NCBI GenBank assembly: GCA_015486055.1
Contig: WFSJ01000024.1
Coordinates: 46,829-110,828 of the forward strand
Length of the DNA: 64,000 bases
Source of the DNA: Acidobacteriota bacterium
Lineage (GTDB): Bacteria > Acidobacteriota > Aminicenantia > S016-38
Direction of reading: 5' to 3'
In this document: in pieces, positions 1 to 8,468 of the stretch
How the letters are laid out: each line of letters starts with the position of its first letter
Position numbering within the stretch: position 1 is the stretch's first letter
Notes under the pieces: model-generated
Told to the model about the DNA's origin: nothing
Databases searched by the model: none
The model's input: only the letters and a program-made list of their open reading frames with translations
Position numbers and translations under genes: made by a program

Positions 1-76
1 CTTATCCTCTCTTCTTATTGCTATAATCATCTTTCCTCCTTGAGTATCCCAGATTAACAGAAGCGCGGAGCCTAAG

Positions 77-547
77 TCAAGGTTTATTTTTTTTCTCCAT
101 CCCTGCAGCGAATAGGGACCAGGAAAATATGAGCAGAGCAATGGAGGAAGGGATTCTACTCTTCCTCCATCTTTCCTTTCTTTTATTTATATAATCCTCA
201 CTGTTTCCGAGTTTTTTTGCTCTTTTGTAGTCCAGAGAGCCCTGGGTCTTTAGATTTACATAAAGCCTTTTTTCAAACTTTACGCTGCACTTTTCTTCGC
301 TTATATGAGAATAAGCGACTGCGGCAGTAGTTAAGAAAGCAAGCAATAATGCAAGCCATTTCCCTCCATCTGCATTCTTCATGACCATTGCAGAAGACAA
401 AAGTGCCAGAACCAGAAGGAAAAGGAAGAAGTGATAACCTATAGCTATTGAAAAGTCATCCAGGAAGTTCTGTCCAAATCTCGTTGCAAACAAAATAAGT
501 ATAAATAAGGAGAGTATGCCTACAGAAACCGAAATTAATTTTCTCAT
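77..547 (-). CDS. hypothetical integral membrane protein
   Basis: 156-aa ORF with about four hydrophobic segments (ISVSVGILSLFILILF, FFLFLLVLALLSSAMV, WLALLLAFLTTAAVAY, SSIALLIFSWSLFAAG). ATGA overlap with the upstream BNR-repeat gene. No family motif recognised. Confidence 0.55.
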   Translation of the reverse strand: MRKLISVSVGILSLFILILFATRFGQNFLDDFSIAIGYHFFLFLLVLALLSSAMVMKNADGGKWLALLLAFLTTAAVAYSHISEEKCSVKFEKRLYVNLKTQGSLDYKRAKKLGNSEDYINKRKERWRKSRIPSSIALLIFSWSLFAAGMEKKNKP

Positions 548-3372
548 TCTCCATAATGGAATGCGAGAAACAGTTTCCCTTTGAGAAATTGCACCTTAAA
601 TTCCCTTTTAAATATTTTTTCCCTGCACTTAATTGTTACAGTATATTTTCCGGGCATGAGCTTCTTTTCCAAAAGAACTATTGGATTTAACCCTGTTTTG
701 AACTTTATCTTTCTTTCAAGAAGGGTTTTTCCTTTTTCGTTTTCTACCTTCATATTTCCCTTTTTCTTTCCTTTGCACCAAATATAAGCAGTGGGTTTTC
801 TCAGTGGAAGCATCTTGGCTTCTTCAAATTCAGTTTCAAGTGGGTAAACCAGTCCATCTCTTATGGTAACTAATTCCAGTTCCTTGCCCCCAATTTCAGG
901 GCTCATTTTTTCTAAGGGAGCACCGTCCATCTTGAACATTCCCCTTCCGTGGGTTGCTATTACTATTTCCTTTGCTTTCCACTGATACTTGATGTCATAA
1001 ACAGGGATTGTTGGAAGGGTTGAACTCAGGGAATACCATTTTTTTCCATTGTTGTCGCTAAAGTAAATTCCTAAGTCAGAGCCAAGAAGAAGCTTTCCTT
1101 CGCCCATTTCCCTTATAACATTCAGGGGCTCTGCTGGGAGATTTGATTTTATTGAATGCCACCTTTTTCCGTAGTCGTCTGAAGCATAAACATAGGTATT
1201 AAAATCATCATCTCTGTAGCCTGTAAGTGTCAAATATACCCTTCCCTCCTTGTATTTTGAGGCAACTACCCTTGTAACCCATTTTTTGGGAAGACCATTG
1301 TCTATTTCCTCCCAACTTGCCCCATCGTTTCTTGTAAGCCATACCTTTCCATCGTCGGTTCCGACATATATTAAGCCAGGCTTGAATCGGGATTCAGAAA
1401 GGGCAGTTATGGTGCCATAGGGAACATCACCTTGGGGAGGATTTGTTGTAAGGTCTTTGCTTATTGGATACCATGTATTCCCCCTATCGTAGCTCTTCAT
1501 GACCCTGTTTGAGCCAAGGTAAAGTATTGCTGGATTGAAGTGCGAGACTAAGAAGGGAGTTATCCAATTGAATCTGAGAGGTTTTTCCCAAGGATGGACC
1601 CTTGGCCTTATGTATTTTGGTTTCGCGTTTTCCACCCTGAATACATATCCAAACTGAAATTCTGCAAATAATGTATTCGGCGCTGAAGGCTCAAAGGCTA
1701 CAAAGCCCCCATCTCCTCCAAGGGGCATTGTCCACGGATGGGAGAAAGGACCTCTGAAATTTTGAGAACACAGCACGCCATTGTCCTGAGCTCCTCCACA
1801 TATCCTGTAAGGATTTTTCCCCTGTTCAACTGCCACTGTGTAAAACTGAGTTATTGGAAGCACCCTTGAATCCTTCCATGTTTTTCCTCCATCATAAGAA
1901 AAGTCTATTCCCCCGTCGTTCCCGATTATTATCCTGTTCGGATTTTTTGGGTCTATCCACATTGCGTGGTAATCAGGATGAACATTGGGATTTGAAGCAT
2001 TCTTCCATGTTTTTCCGCCATCTAACGATACCATAAGAGGAACTCCAAGAATAAATACTTTATTCGGATTGATTGGGTCCACTCTTATCTGCCCGAAATA
2101 GTAACCGTAGGTGCTGAAAACTCCTTTTATATAGTTTTTGTTTGCCTTCTTCCATGTTTCTCCACCATCAGTTGATTTATAAATCTCAGGCCCGACAACT
2201 TTCGTTTCAAGAAGCCTTTTTTCTGCATCGTTTATGTGAGCCACTAACATTTTCACAGTTAATTTTCCGCTCTTCACCCATTGCTTTATCTGCTTAGCAG
2301 AGTAAGGAACCATGTTTTTCTTCAGGAATTTTCCGAGCTCTTCATCGGATAATTTCAGGAAATCTTCCTTCGTTATTGTTTTGAGCTTTCCAAGGGTGAG
2401 GGCTTTTTCCTCTTTCTTTTCCTTCTTTTTTATTTTCTTTTGAGGAATTAACTTCTGGTTGTCCATGACAGTATAGACAATATTTGGATTTGAGCGGGAG
2501 AAATCAATCCCTATTCTTCCAACAAACCATCCCCTTGGAAATCCTTTTACTATTCTTTTCCATGTTTTTCCACCGTCTGATGTTTTCCATAGGCCCGAAT
2601 CTTCTCCACTTTCAACAAAATTCCATGCTCTTCTGTCCCTTTCCCATGCTGCAGCTATTATTGTCTGCGGGTCCTTTGGGCTCATCGCAATGTCTATAAT
2701 TCCTGCCTTTCCACAGGGTATTTTCAGCTTTTCCCAGTGTTTTCCACCGTCCGTTGTTTTGTAAATTCCTCTTACATTATCATAGGTATATAGATGACCT
2801 ATTACTGCAGCATAGACTATGTTAGGATTTTTGGGATTGATGAGAATCCTGCCTATGTGGTGGGAATCCTCGAGCCCCATTAATTTCCATGTCTTTCCGC
2901 CATCAATTGACTTGTAGATGCCGACTCCTGCATAGGAACTTCTTGAGGAATTATTCTCCCCTGTTCCTACCCAAATTGTATTTGGGTTAGAAGGAGCAAC
3001 TGCAATGTCTCCTATTGTAGATGTCGCCTGATTCTTGAATATTGGGTAGAAAGTTGTACCATTGTTGTCAGTTCTCCATACTCCACCCGAAGCTGATGCA
3101 ACTAAAAAGGAGAAGGGTTTTCCCGGAATGGGCTCAATATCTACAACTCTTCCTTCGGTAATTCTTGGCCCGAGATTTTCCCACTTCAACATTCTGAATG
3201 GGGAGGTTTCTTCCATTTTAAGATGCTTTTTGAAAGATGCTATCCTTTCTGCAGCAAGAGTTGGATTCGGATTCACCTTTGCCATAAGTTCCCTGTCCTT
3301 TTTTAGACGGTCCTCTTCCTGCCCTGCAAAGAGAAGGAAGGGAATTAAGATAAGTAAAATTGCCTTTTTCAT
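544..3372 (-). CDS. secreted BNR/Asp-box repeat protein (sortilin/VPS10-like beta-propeller)
   Basis: 942 aa. Signal-like N-terminus MKKAILLILIPFLLFAG. At least 10 Asp-box motifs SxDxGxTW: SIDGGKTW, TTDGGKHW, TSDGGKTW, STDGGETW, SLDGGKTW, SYDGGKTW, SYDRGNTW, RNDGASW, SDDYGKRW, SDNNGKKW. Confidence 0.8.
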   Translation of the reverse strand: MKKAILLILIPFLLFAGQEEDRLKKDRELMAKVNPNPTLAAERIASFKKHLKMEETSPFRMLKWENLGPRITEGRVVDIEPIPGKPFSFLVASASGGVWRTDNNGTTFYPIFKNQATSTIGDIAVAPSNPNTIWVGTGENNSSRSSYAGVGIYKSIDGGKTWKLMGLEDSHHIGRILINPKNPNIVYAAVIGHLYTYDNVRGIYKTTDGGKHWEKLKIPCGKAGIIDIAMSPKDPQTIIAAAWERDRRAWNFVESGEDSGLWKTSDGGKTWKRIVKGFPRGWFVGRIGIDFSRSNPNIVYTVMDNQKLIPQKKIKKKEKKEEKALTLGKLKTITKEDFLKLSDEELGKFLKKNMVPYSAKQIKQWVKSGKLTVKMLVAHINDAEKRLLETKVVGPEIYKSTDGGETWKKANKNYIKGVFSTYGYYFGQIRVDPINPNKVFILGVPLMVSLDGGKTWKNASNPNVHPDYHAMWIDPKNPNRIIIGNDGGIDFSYDGGKTWKDSRVLPITQFYTVAVEQGKNPYRICGGAQDNGVLCSQNFRGPFSHPWTMPLGGDGGFVAFEPSAPNTLFAEFQFGYVFRVENAKPKYIRPRVHPWEKPLRFNWITPFLVSHFNPAILYLGSNRVMKSYDRGNTWYPISKDLTTNPPQGDVPYGTITALSESRFKPGLIYVGTDDGKVWLTRNDGASWEEIDNGLPKKWVTRVVASKYKEGRVYLTLTGYRDDDFNTYVYASDDYGKRWHSIKSNLPAEPLNVIREMGEGKLLLGSDLGIYFSDNNGKKWYSLSSTLPTIPVYDIKYQWKAKEIVIATHGRGMFKMDGAPLEKMSPEIGGKELELVTIRDGLVYPLETEFEEAKMLPLRKPTAYIWCKGKKKGNMKVENEKGKTLLERKIKFKTGLNPIVLLEKKLMPGKYTVTIKCREKIFKREFKVQFLKGKLFLAFHYGE

Positions 3373-4121
3373 TTTTCCTCCTTTATATTAAATATGAATC
3401 CTATACCCCCTTTAATCAAGTTTTTTCCGAAGAAATGGGAGAAAACTCTTCTTGAGATTTCTCCAGAGCAGTGAAGAGGTGCAACAGTTTTTACTCCGAT
3501 CTTCTTTAACTTCTCAGCTATTCTTTCGACCTCGCTTTTATGGCTCCATGCTAAATGGAAACCTCCTAAAAGTAGTGCTATGTTTCCAAGCTTTTTTCCT
3601 CTCCTTGCGATATTCAAAACCCCTGGATGGGCACAGCCAGTTATAACTATTAACCTTCCTGAAGTTCTTATAAATAATGATTGTTCCTTTATCCATGTTC
3701 CCATAGGACCTGAAGAGTAAAAGTTAGGAAGAATTTCTTTTTCATCCTTTACTTCCACAGGGACTCCACCTTTTTCTTTTATTAATTTTTTCACTGATGA
3801 TGGGAAGGATGGGAGGATAAAAACCTTCTGTCCTTTCCTTAAAGCTGCTTCAAGACCTCCAATGTGGTCCATATGTTTATGAGAGAGAAAAATATACCTT
3901 ATTTTTTCCTGAGAAATTCCCAGTTTCTTCATATTGTAGTCAAGAACCTCAGGTGAAGGTCCTGTATCAAAGAGAAGCCTGATATTCTCCCTTTCAATCA
4001 GGGCTGAGAATCCCCATGCGGTTTTCAGTCCCCTGAGATATGGATTATTGTCCACAATTATGGTTATTTTCATGGAAGCAAAAAGAAAGCCAGAGAAGAA
4101 GAGAATCAAAGCCTTTCTCAT
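3369..4121 (-). CDS. MBL-fold metallo-hydrolase
   Basis: HxHxDH motif (SHKHMDHIGG) plus downstream ligand-like GCAHPG and GGFHL. Hydrophobic N-terminus MRKALILFFSGFLFAS. 4-nt overlaps with both neighbours. Confidence 0.75.
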   Translation of the reverse strand: MRKALILFFSGFLFASMKITIIVDNNPYLRGLKTAWGFSALIERENIRLLFDTGPSPEVLDYNMKKLGISQEKIRYIFLSHKHMDHIGGLEAALRKGQKVFILPSFPSSVKKLIKEKGGVPVEVKDEKEILPNFYSSGPMGTWIKEQSLFIRTSGRLIVITGCAHPGVLNIARRGKKLGNIALLLGGFHLAWSHKSEVERIAEKLKKIGVKTVAPLHCSGEISRRVFSHFFGKNLIKGGIGFIFNIKEEK

Positions 4122-4888
4122 GGCTGAATCTTAAGTTTAAGTGCTATTGGGCAATGGTCAGATCCCATAACATCCCCCATTATATATGAGTCTTCAATTA
4201 GGTCAATCAGATCATTAGATACGAAGAAATAATCAATTCTCCATCCTATATTCTTTGCCCTCGCATTGAATCTATATGTCCACCATGTGTACTGGACACT
4301 ATCGGGGTGGAAATACCTGAATGTGTCAATGTATCCATGAGAAAGGAATTTATCTATCCATGCTCTTTCTATGGGAAGGAATCCAGAATATTTTTCATTT
4401 TGCTTCGGGTTTTTTAAGTCAATTGGTTTGTGAGCAGTATTAACATCGCCTGTTATTATGAGCTTTTCACCCTTTTCCCTAAGTTTATCCCAGTAATTTA
4501 GAATGAAATCGTAGAATCTTAGCTTATACTGAAGTCTTTCCTCGCTCATTTTCCCGTTTGGAAAGTAAATATTGAAAAGGGTAAACCATGGATATCTTAT
4601 AATTATTATCCTTCCTTCCCTGTCAAATTCCTTAACTCCTACCTTATAGATGACCTCATCTGGCTCTATTTTTGTGAATGTTGCAACACCACTGTAGCCT
4701 GGTCTTTCAGCATCGTTCCAATATGCAAAATAATCCTCTGGTTTAGCTATTTCTGGTTTTAGCTGGCTGAGCTTACTCTTTGTTTCCTGAATTAAAAGGG
4801 CATCGGGTTGTTCATGTTTCAACCATGTAAGAAATCCCTTTTTGAGAACTGCCCTTATGCCATTGATATTCCAGGAAATTATCTTCAT
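4118..4888 (-). CDS. xth: exodeoxyribonuclease III (AP endonuclease, EEP family)
   Basis: MKIISWNINGIRA N-terminus, QETK, GDVNTAH and GSDHCPI motifs typical of ExoIII. Start moved from ORF-track 4948 to ATG 4888, which is where homologues begin. A TTGTCA-N17-TATTAT promoter ends 6 nt upstream of 4888. Confidence 0.9.
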   Translation of the reverse strand: MKIISWNINGIRAVLKKGFLTWLKHEQPDALLIQETKSKLSQLKPEIAKPEDYFAYWNDAERPGYSGVATFTKIEPDEVIYKVGVKEFDREGRIIIIRYPWFTLFNIYFPNGKMSEERLQYKLRFYDFILNYWDKLREKGEKLIITGDVNTAHKPIDLKNPKQNEKYSGFLPIERAWIDKFLSHGYIDTFRYFHPDSVQYTWWTYRFNARAKNIGWRIDYFFVSNDLIDLIEDSYIMGDVMGSDHCPIALKLKIQP

Positions 4889-4894
4889 AAACCT

Positions 4895-4923
4895 ATAATA
4901 GAAAAAACATAGAGGTTTGACAA
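4895..4923 (-). promoter_or_regulatory. sigma70-like promoter TTGTCA-N17-TATTAT ending 6 nt before the xth ATG (leaderless configuration)
   Basis: Read directly on the minus strand: -35 at 4923-4918, -10 at 4900-4895, ATG at 4888. No SD between them. Confidence 0.5.
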
Positions 4924-4945
4924 GTGTGGAGATTTTAAGGAAAAT
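4917..4945 (+). promoter_or_regulatory. candidate promoter TTGACA-N17-GAAAAT for the Ntn-hydrolase/OPT unit
   Basis: Perfect -35 at 4917-4922, overlapping the minus-strand -35 (palindromic TTGACAA). -10-like GAAAAT at 4940-4945. AGGAGG SD follows. Confidence 0.4.
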
Positions 4946-4961
4946 CATATAGGAGGTGATG

Positions 4962-5660
4962 ATGTCCCTTGTTATTTCCCTTTATGTAAGGGAGGGCATA
5001 GTTATGGCTGCTGACAGCAGAGCCACCTTAAATATGGTAAAAAAGGAGAAGGCCCAGAGTGTAAGCCTGAGTGTTGCCCAGAGCGATTCTGTTAGGAAGC
5101 TGTTTCTGTTAGATAACCAAATCGGGATTTCAGCCTTCGGGGAAGCAGGAGTAAAAGGAGTGCCAATTTCTGGGTATGTAGATAGTTTCCTATCCGGACT
5201 AAAGAGGGGAATAGGTCTTGAAAGACTCTCAGAGGAGATACTAAAATTTTTCTCTTCGTTTTCCCCAAGGCCGAAGACGGGATTTCATGTAGGTGGTTAT
5301 GAGGGCACAGAGCAGATTTTATTTCAGGTCCTTGTGGATAAAGAGGAAGTTCGAAGGGTAAATCCTGCAGGGACACAGGGAGCCGCATGGGCAGGAGAAA
5401 GTGACATTTTGACCAGACTTCTCCAGCCTCTGCACGAAGAGAGAAATGGAAAATTCAATCCTCTCCCATATTTTCAAATCCCATGGGGATTTTTCACCCT
5501 TCAGGATGCTGTTGATTTTGCAGAATTTGCGATAAAGGCTACGGCAGATGCAATGAGATTTATGCCGAGGCCAAAAACAGTGGGTGGACCTATAGATATT
5601 CTTGTTGTAACCCCGGAAAAAGGCTTCTGGGTGAATAGAAAAGAACTCAATGTGAGGTAA
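4962..5660 (+). CDS. proteasome-beta/HslV-like Ntn hydrolase family protein
   Basis: The N-terminus M-SLVISLYVREGIVMAADSRAT aligns by eye to proteasome beta T1...GVV.AAD17SRAT. Also has GISAFGEAG, HVGGYE and GGPIDILVVT blocks. AGGAGG SD at 4951-4956 favours ATG 4962; the ORF track starts at GTG 4956. Confidence 0.65.
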   Translation: MSLVISLYVREGIVMAADSRATLNMVKKEKAQSVSLSVAQSDSVRKLFLLDNQIGISAFGEAGVKGVPISGYVDSFLSGLKRGIGLERLSEEILKFFSSFSPRPKTGFHVGGYEGTEQILFQVLVDKEEVRRVNPAGTQGAAWAGESDILTRLLQPLHEERNGKFNPLPYFQIPWGFFTLQDAVDFAEFAIKATADAMRFMPRPKTVGGPIDILVVTPEKGFWVNRKELNVR

Positions 5661-5720
5661 ATTTTCTTGAATGTTAAAGAACAATATGTTTAACTAATAA
5701 AAAAAGAAAAGGAGAACGAG

Positions 5721-7679
5721 ATGGGAAAGAATTTTACACCCTTTGTTCCTGAGAAAACGGACTTACTTGAGTTCACTTTCAAAGCTGTTTTCTTTGGAGC
5801 CATATTTGCAGTGATTCTTGGGGCGGCGAATACTTATCTTGGATTGAAAGCAGGCATGACAGTTGCGGCGACTTATCCTGCTGCAGTTATGGCAATGGTT
5901 ATCCTCAAGCCTCTCAAGGGAACTGTGCTTGAGGAAAATATCTTCAGGACCACAGCGGCGGTTGGAGAAGCCCTTGCAGCTGGTGCAATTTTCACGATCC
6001 CCGCCTTTCTAATCTCGGGCTTATGGGATAGGCTTCACTATGTTACCAGCACAATACTTATGCTTGTCGGAGGTGTAATAGGAGTTCTTTTCGTCATATT
6101 CCTGAGAAGAACCCTCATAGAAGATGCAACTCTTCCTTTTCCAGAGAGCGTTGCAACAGGGGAGATAGTAAAAGCAGGACAGAAAGGGCAGAGCGGTGCG
6201 GTATACGTTTTTGGGGCAATGACCCTTGGTGCAATAATTGAACTTTTCAAGAATTCGAGGGGACTGCAGATTATACAATCATTTACCAACGGCTTTGTAA
6301 GCTTTGGAAAAAGCAAGATAACCACAGGGAAATACTTTGTAAAAAAGTTTACAGGAGGATTTTATATTTCGTCTCCTGCAGCTTCACCTGCTTTTATGGG
6401 CGTTGGATACATAATCGGGGCCAGACTTTCTGCTGTTGTTTTCTCGGGTGGGGTTTTCGGGTGGCTTTTCCTTGTTCCCCTTTTCTCACTTTTAAATTCA
6501 GGCATGTATTCTCCTGCTACTGCAGATTGGGTAAGCTTCAGTGAGGCCATATGGAAATTTCAAGTTCGTCCTGTAGCAGTTGGAGCTATGATCATAGGTG
6601 CATTTTACACCCTTTATAAAATGAGAAAATCTCTCTGGGATGGGATAGCAAGGGCTTTCGTTGACATAAAGAAGGGAGCAGTCGCACAGAATAGCAAGAC
6701 GAGGCTTGAAAAGGACCTTCCATATGGGGGTGTTGTTGCTGCCATACTTATTCTTCTTGTACCCATTACGATAATTTATTATTACTTTACCCATAATGTC
6801 TGGGGTGCAATAATATCCGCCATAATAATGACAATTGCTGGCTTCTTGTTTGCGGCAGTTGCAGGTTATCTTGTTGGAATGATAGGCTCCTCAAATAACC
6901 CCATCTCAGGCCTCACTCTTTCAACTTTGATAATCGCAGCAATTCTCATGGTTCTTATGGGCATAAAGGGAAACCCTGGTGTTGCAGCAGTCCTTGGTGT
7001 TGCAGCAGTTGTCTGCGCTTCCTCGGGCGTCGCCGGAGATATTATGCAGGATCTTAAGGTTGGACATATACTTGGAGGAACGCCATGGAAGATGGAGATA
7101 GGTGTTATAATCGGCGTGATAACCGCATCTTTAGTCCTCGCCATTCCTATGCAGTGGCTTCATCAGGCGTCAAGGGGGGGGATTGGAGGAGCTGACCTTC
7201 CAGCTCCCCAAGCAGGCCTTATGGCAATGCTTGCTAAAGGGATAGTAGGAGGGGAAATGGCATGGGGACTTGTCCTCGCAGGGATGCTTTTCTCTGTGGG
7301 TCTTATTCTTATAGATTCCCCTTCCCCGATGCTGATAGCTGTTGGAATGTACCTTCCCTTTGAGACAACATTTGCCATATTTATAGGGGGTATTCTGAGA
7401 TCAATTGTTGATTCCTGGTCTAAAAAGCGTAGTCTTTCTGACGAGCAGAAGCAGAGAGGAGAAAACACTGGCACCCTGCTTGCCTCTGGGTTCATAGCAG
7501 GCGAAGCAATAACAGGGATAATACTTGCAGGACTTTATGTTGCGAGGATTCATCTTAAGAACTTTGTTGAAACAACTACTTGGGGAAGAGCTATTGGCCC
7601 ATGGATGGGACTTGTTGTATTTGCACTGGTAGGTTTTGCCCTCATTTATTATCCGATGAGAGATGCTAAAAAATCCTGA
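5721..7679 (+). CDS. OPT-family oligopeptide transporter
   Basis: 652-aa polytopic membrane protein. N-terminal NTYLGLKAGMTVAATYPAAVMAM and overall Gly/Ala-rich TM pattern are typical of bacterial OPT-superfamily transporters. GGAG SD 6 nt upstream. Confidence 0.8.
   Translation: MGKNFTPFVPEKTDLLEFTFKAVFFGAIFAVILGAANTYLGLKAGMTVAATYPAAVMAMVILKPLKGTVLEENIFRTTAAVGEALAAGAIFTIPAFLISGLWDRLHYVTSTILMLVGGVIGVLFVIFLRRTLIEDATLPFPESVATGEIVKAGQKGQSGAVYVFGAMTLGAIIELFKNSRGLQIIQSFTNGFVSFGKSKITTGKYFVKKFTGGFYISSPAASPAFMGVGYIIGARLSAVVFSGGVFGWLFLVPLFSLLNSGMYSPATADWVSFSEAIWKFQVRPVAVGAMIIGAFYTLYKMRKSLWDGIARAFVDIKKGAVAQNSKTRLEKDLPYGGVVAAILILLVPITIIYYYFTHNVWGAIISAIIMTIAGFLFAAVAGYLVGMIGSSNNPISGLTLSTLIIAAILMVLMGIKGNPGVAAVLGVAAVVCASSGVAGDIMQDLKVGHILGGTPWKMEIGVIIGVITASLVLAIPMQWLHQASRGGIGGADLPAPQAGLMAMLAKGIVGGEMAWGLVLAGMLFSVGLILIDSPSPMLIAVGMYLPFETTFAIFIGGILRSIVDSWSKKRSLSDEQKQRGENTGTLLASGFIAGEAITGIILAGLYVARIHLKNFVETTTWGRAIGPWMGLVVFALVGFALIYYPMRDAKKS
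7174..7181 (+). repeat. G8 homopolymer inside the OPT transporter CDS
   Basis: agg ggg ggg att encodes R-G-G-I. It is the longest G/C run I noticed in this AT-leaning window. Confidence 0.8.
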
Positions 7680-7977
7680 TAGGCTTTATCCTTTAAGGAA
7701 AGCTCAATGGGAAAATAATGGGGATACTATTATCCTGTTCAGAGAAAAATCCAAGTTTAAGATTCTGAGGAAACTTTGGGGACAGTATTTTAGGATCAAT
7801 CTTGATAAAATAGGGAGTTTTGTTTGGAAATTGTTGGATGGGGGAAATAGTGTGGAAGAAATTTCCCGAAGATTGGAGGAGGAATTCAAAATCAGTGATT
7901 CTGAACAAAGGACCCAGGATTTTCTTGTCTCCCTTTATAGGGGAGGATTCATCGAATTTATGGAGAGTAAGGAATGA
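7663..7977 (+). CDS. PqqD-family (RRE-like) small protein
   Basis: 104 aa. INLDKIGSFVWKLLDGGNSVEEISRRLEEEF..S..E..QDFLVSLYRGGFIEF matches the PqqD pattern (LN.tg..iW.l.DG..tv.EI...L...y......DV..FL..L...G.I). Overlaps the OPT gene by 17 nt and the next gene by ATGA. Confidence 0.65.
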   Translation: MLKNPDRLYPLRKAQWENNGDTIILFREKSKFKILRKLWGQYFRINLDKIGSFVWKLLDGGNSVEEISRRLEEEFKISDSEQRTQDFLVSLYRGGFIEFMESKE

Positions 7978-8468
7978 GAAAATTCCTGTTTGTGTTCCTT
8001 GTGTTTTTTGTTTCTTTTCCTTTGTTTGCCCTTAAAGTAGGGGATCCTTCTCCTTTCTTTTCAGTAAGAGATTTAGATGGAAATCGTTGGAAGCTTGCAA
8101 GACTGCTAAGGGGAAACAAAGGAATTCTCCTCGTTTTTTTCTCCATGCATTGTCCTCATTGCAGAGAGGAGCTTCCCTTTTTGAAAGGAATTTCTAAAAA
8201 ATACAGGGATAGAGGGCTTTTCGTTCTTGGAATATGTGTTGATAGAGAAAGAGAGAGGGTCCTTAAATCATTTAGAAACAAGGCGAATCTTGAATTCCCT
8301 GTTGCTATGGATAAAGGGATCATGAGCAGAATCTATAATATCTATGGAGTCCCTTCAAATTTTCTCATAGATAGCGAAGGGAACATAAAGACAATAGAAA
8401 TCGGTTTTTCCAAGGAAGCAGCTTCAGAGCTGGAAAGAGCTGTAGAAAAGCTACTCAAGAAGAGGTGA
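7974..8468 (+). CDS. TlpA/ResA-like periplasmic thiol:disulfide oxidoreductase
   Basis: Signal peptide MRKFLFVFLVFFVSFPLFA. Thioredoxin-fold CxxC (HCPHC). YGVPSNFLID motif of the redoxin/AhpC-TSA family. Confidence 0.8.
   Translation: MRKFLFVFLVFFVSFPLFALKVGDPSPFFSVRDLDGNRWKLARLLRGNKGILLVFFSMHCPHCREELPFLKGISKKYRDRGLFVLGICVDRERERVLKSFRNKANLEFPVAMDKGIMSRIYNIYGVPSNFLIDSEGNIKTIEIGFSKEAASELERAVEKLLKKR

Noticed and set aside
4889-4948. 20-aa N-terminal extension of xth (ORF-track start 4948)
   Set aside because: ExoIII homologues start at MKI.SWN.NG. The extension would run through the promoter elements read in this spacer.
5673-5694. Inverted repeat GTTAAA-N10-TTTAAC within a possible TTGAAT promoter upstream of the OPT gene, as an operator
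   Set aside because: The arms are 6-bp and AT-only, which is expected by chance in an AT-rich spacer. The associated -10 is poor, so it was not reported as a feature.
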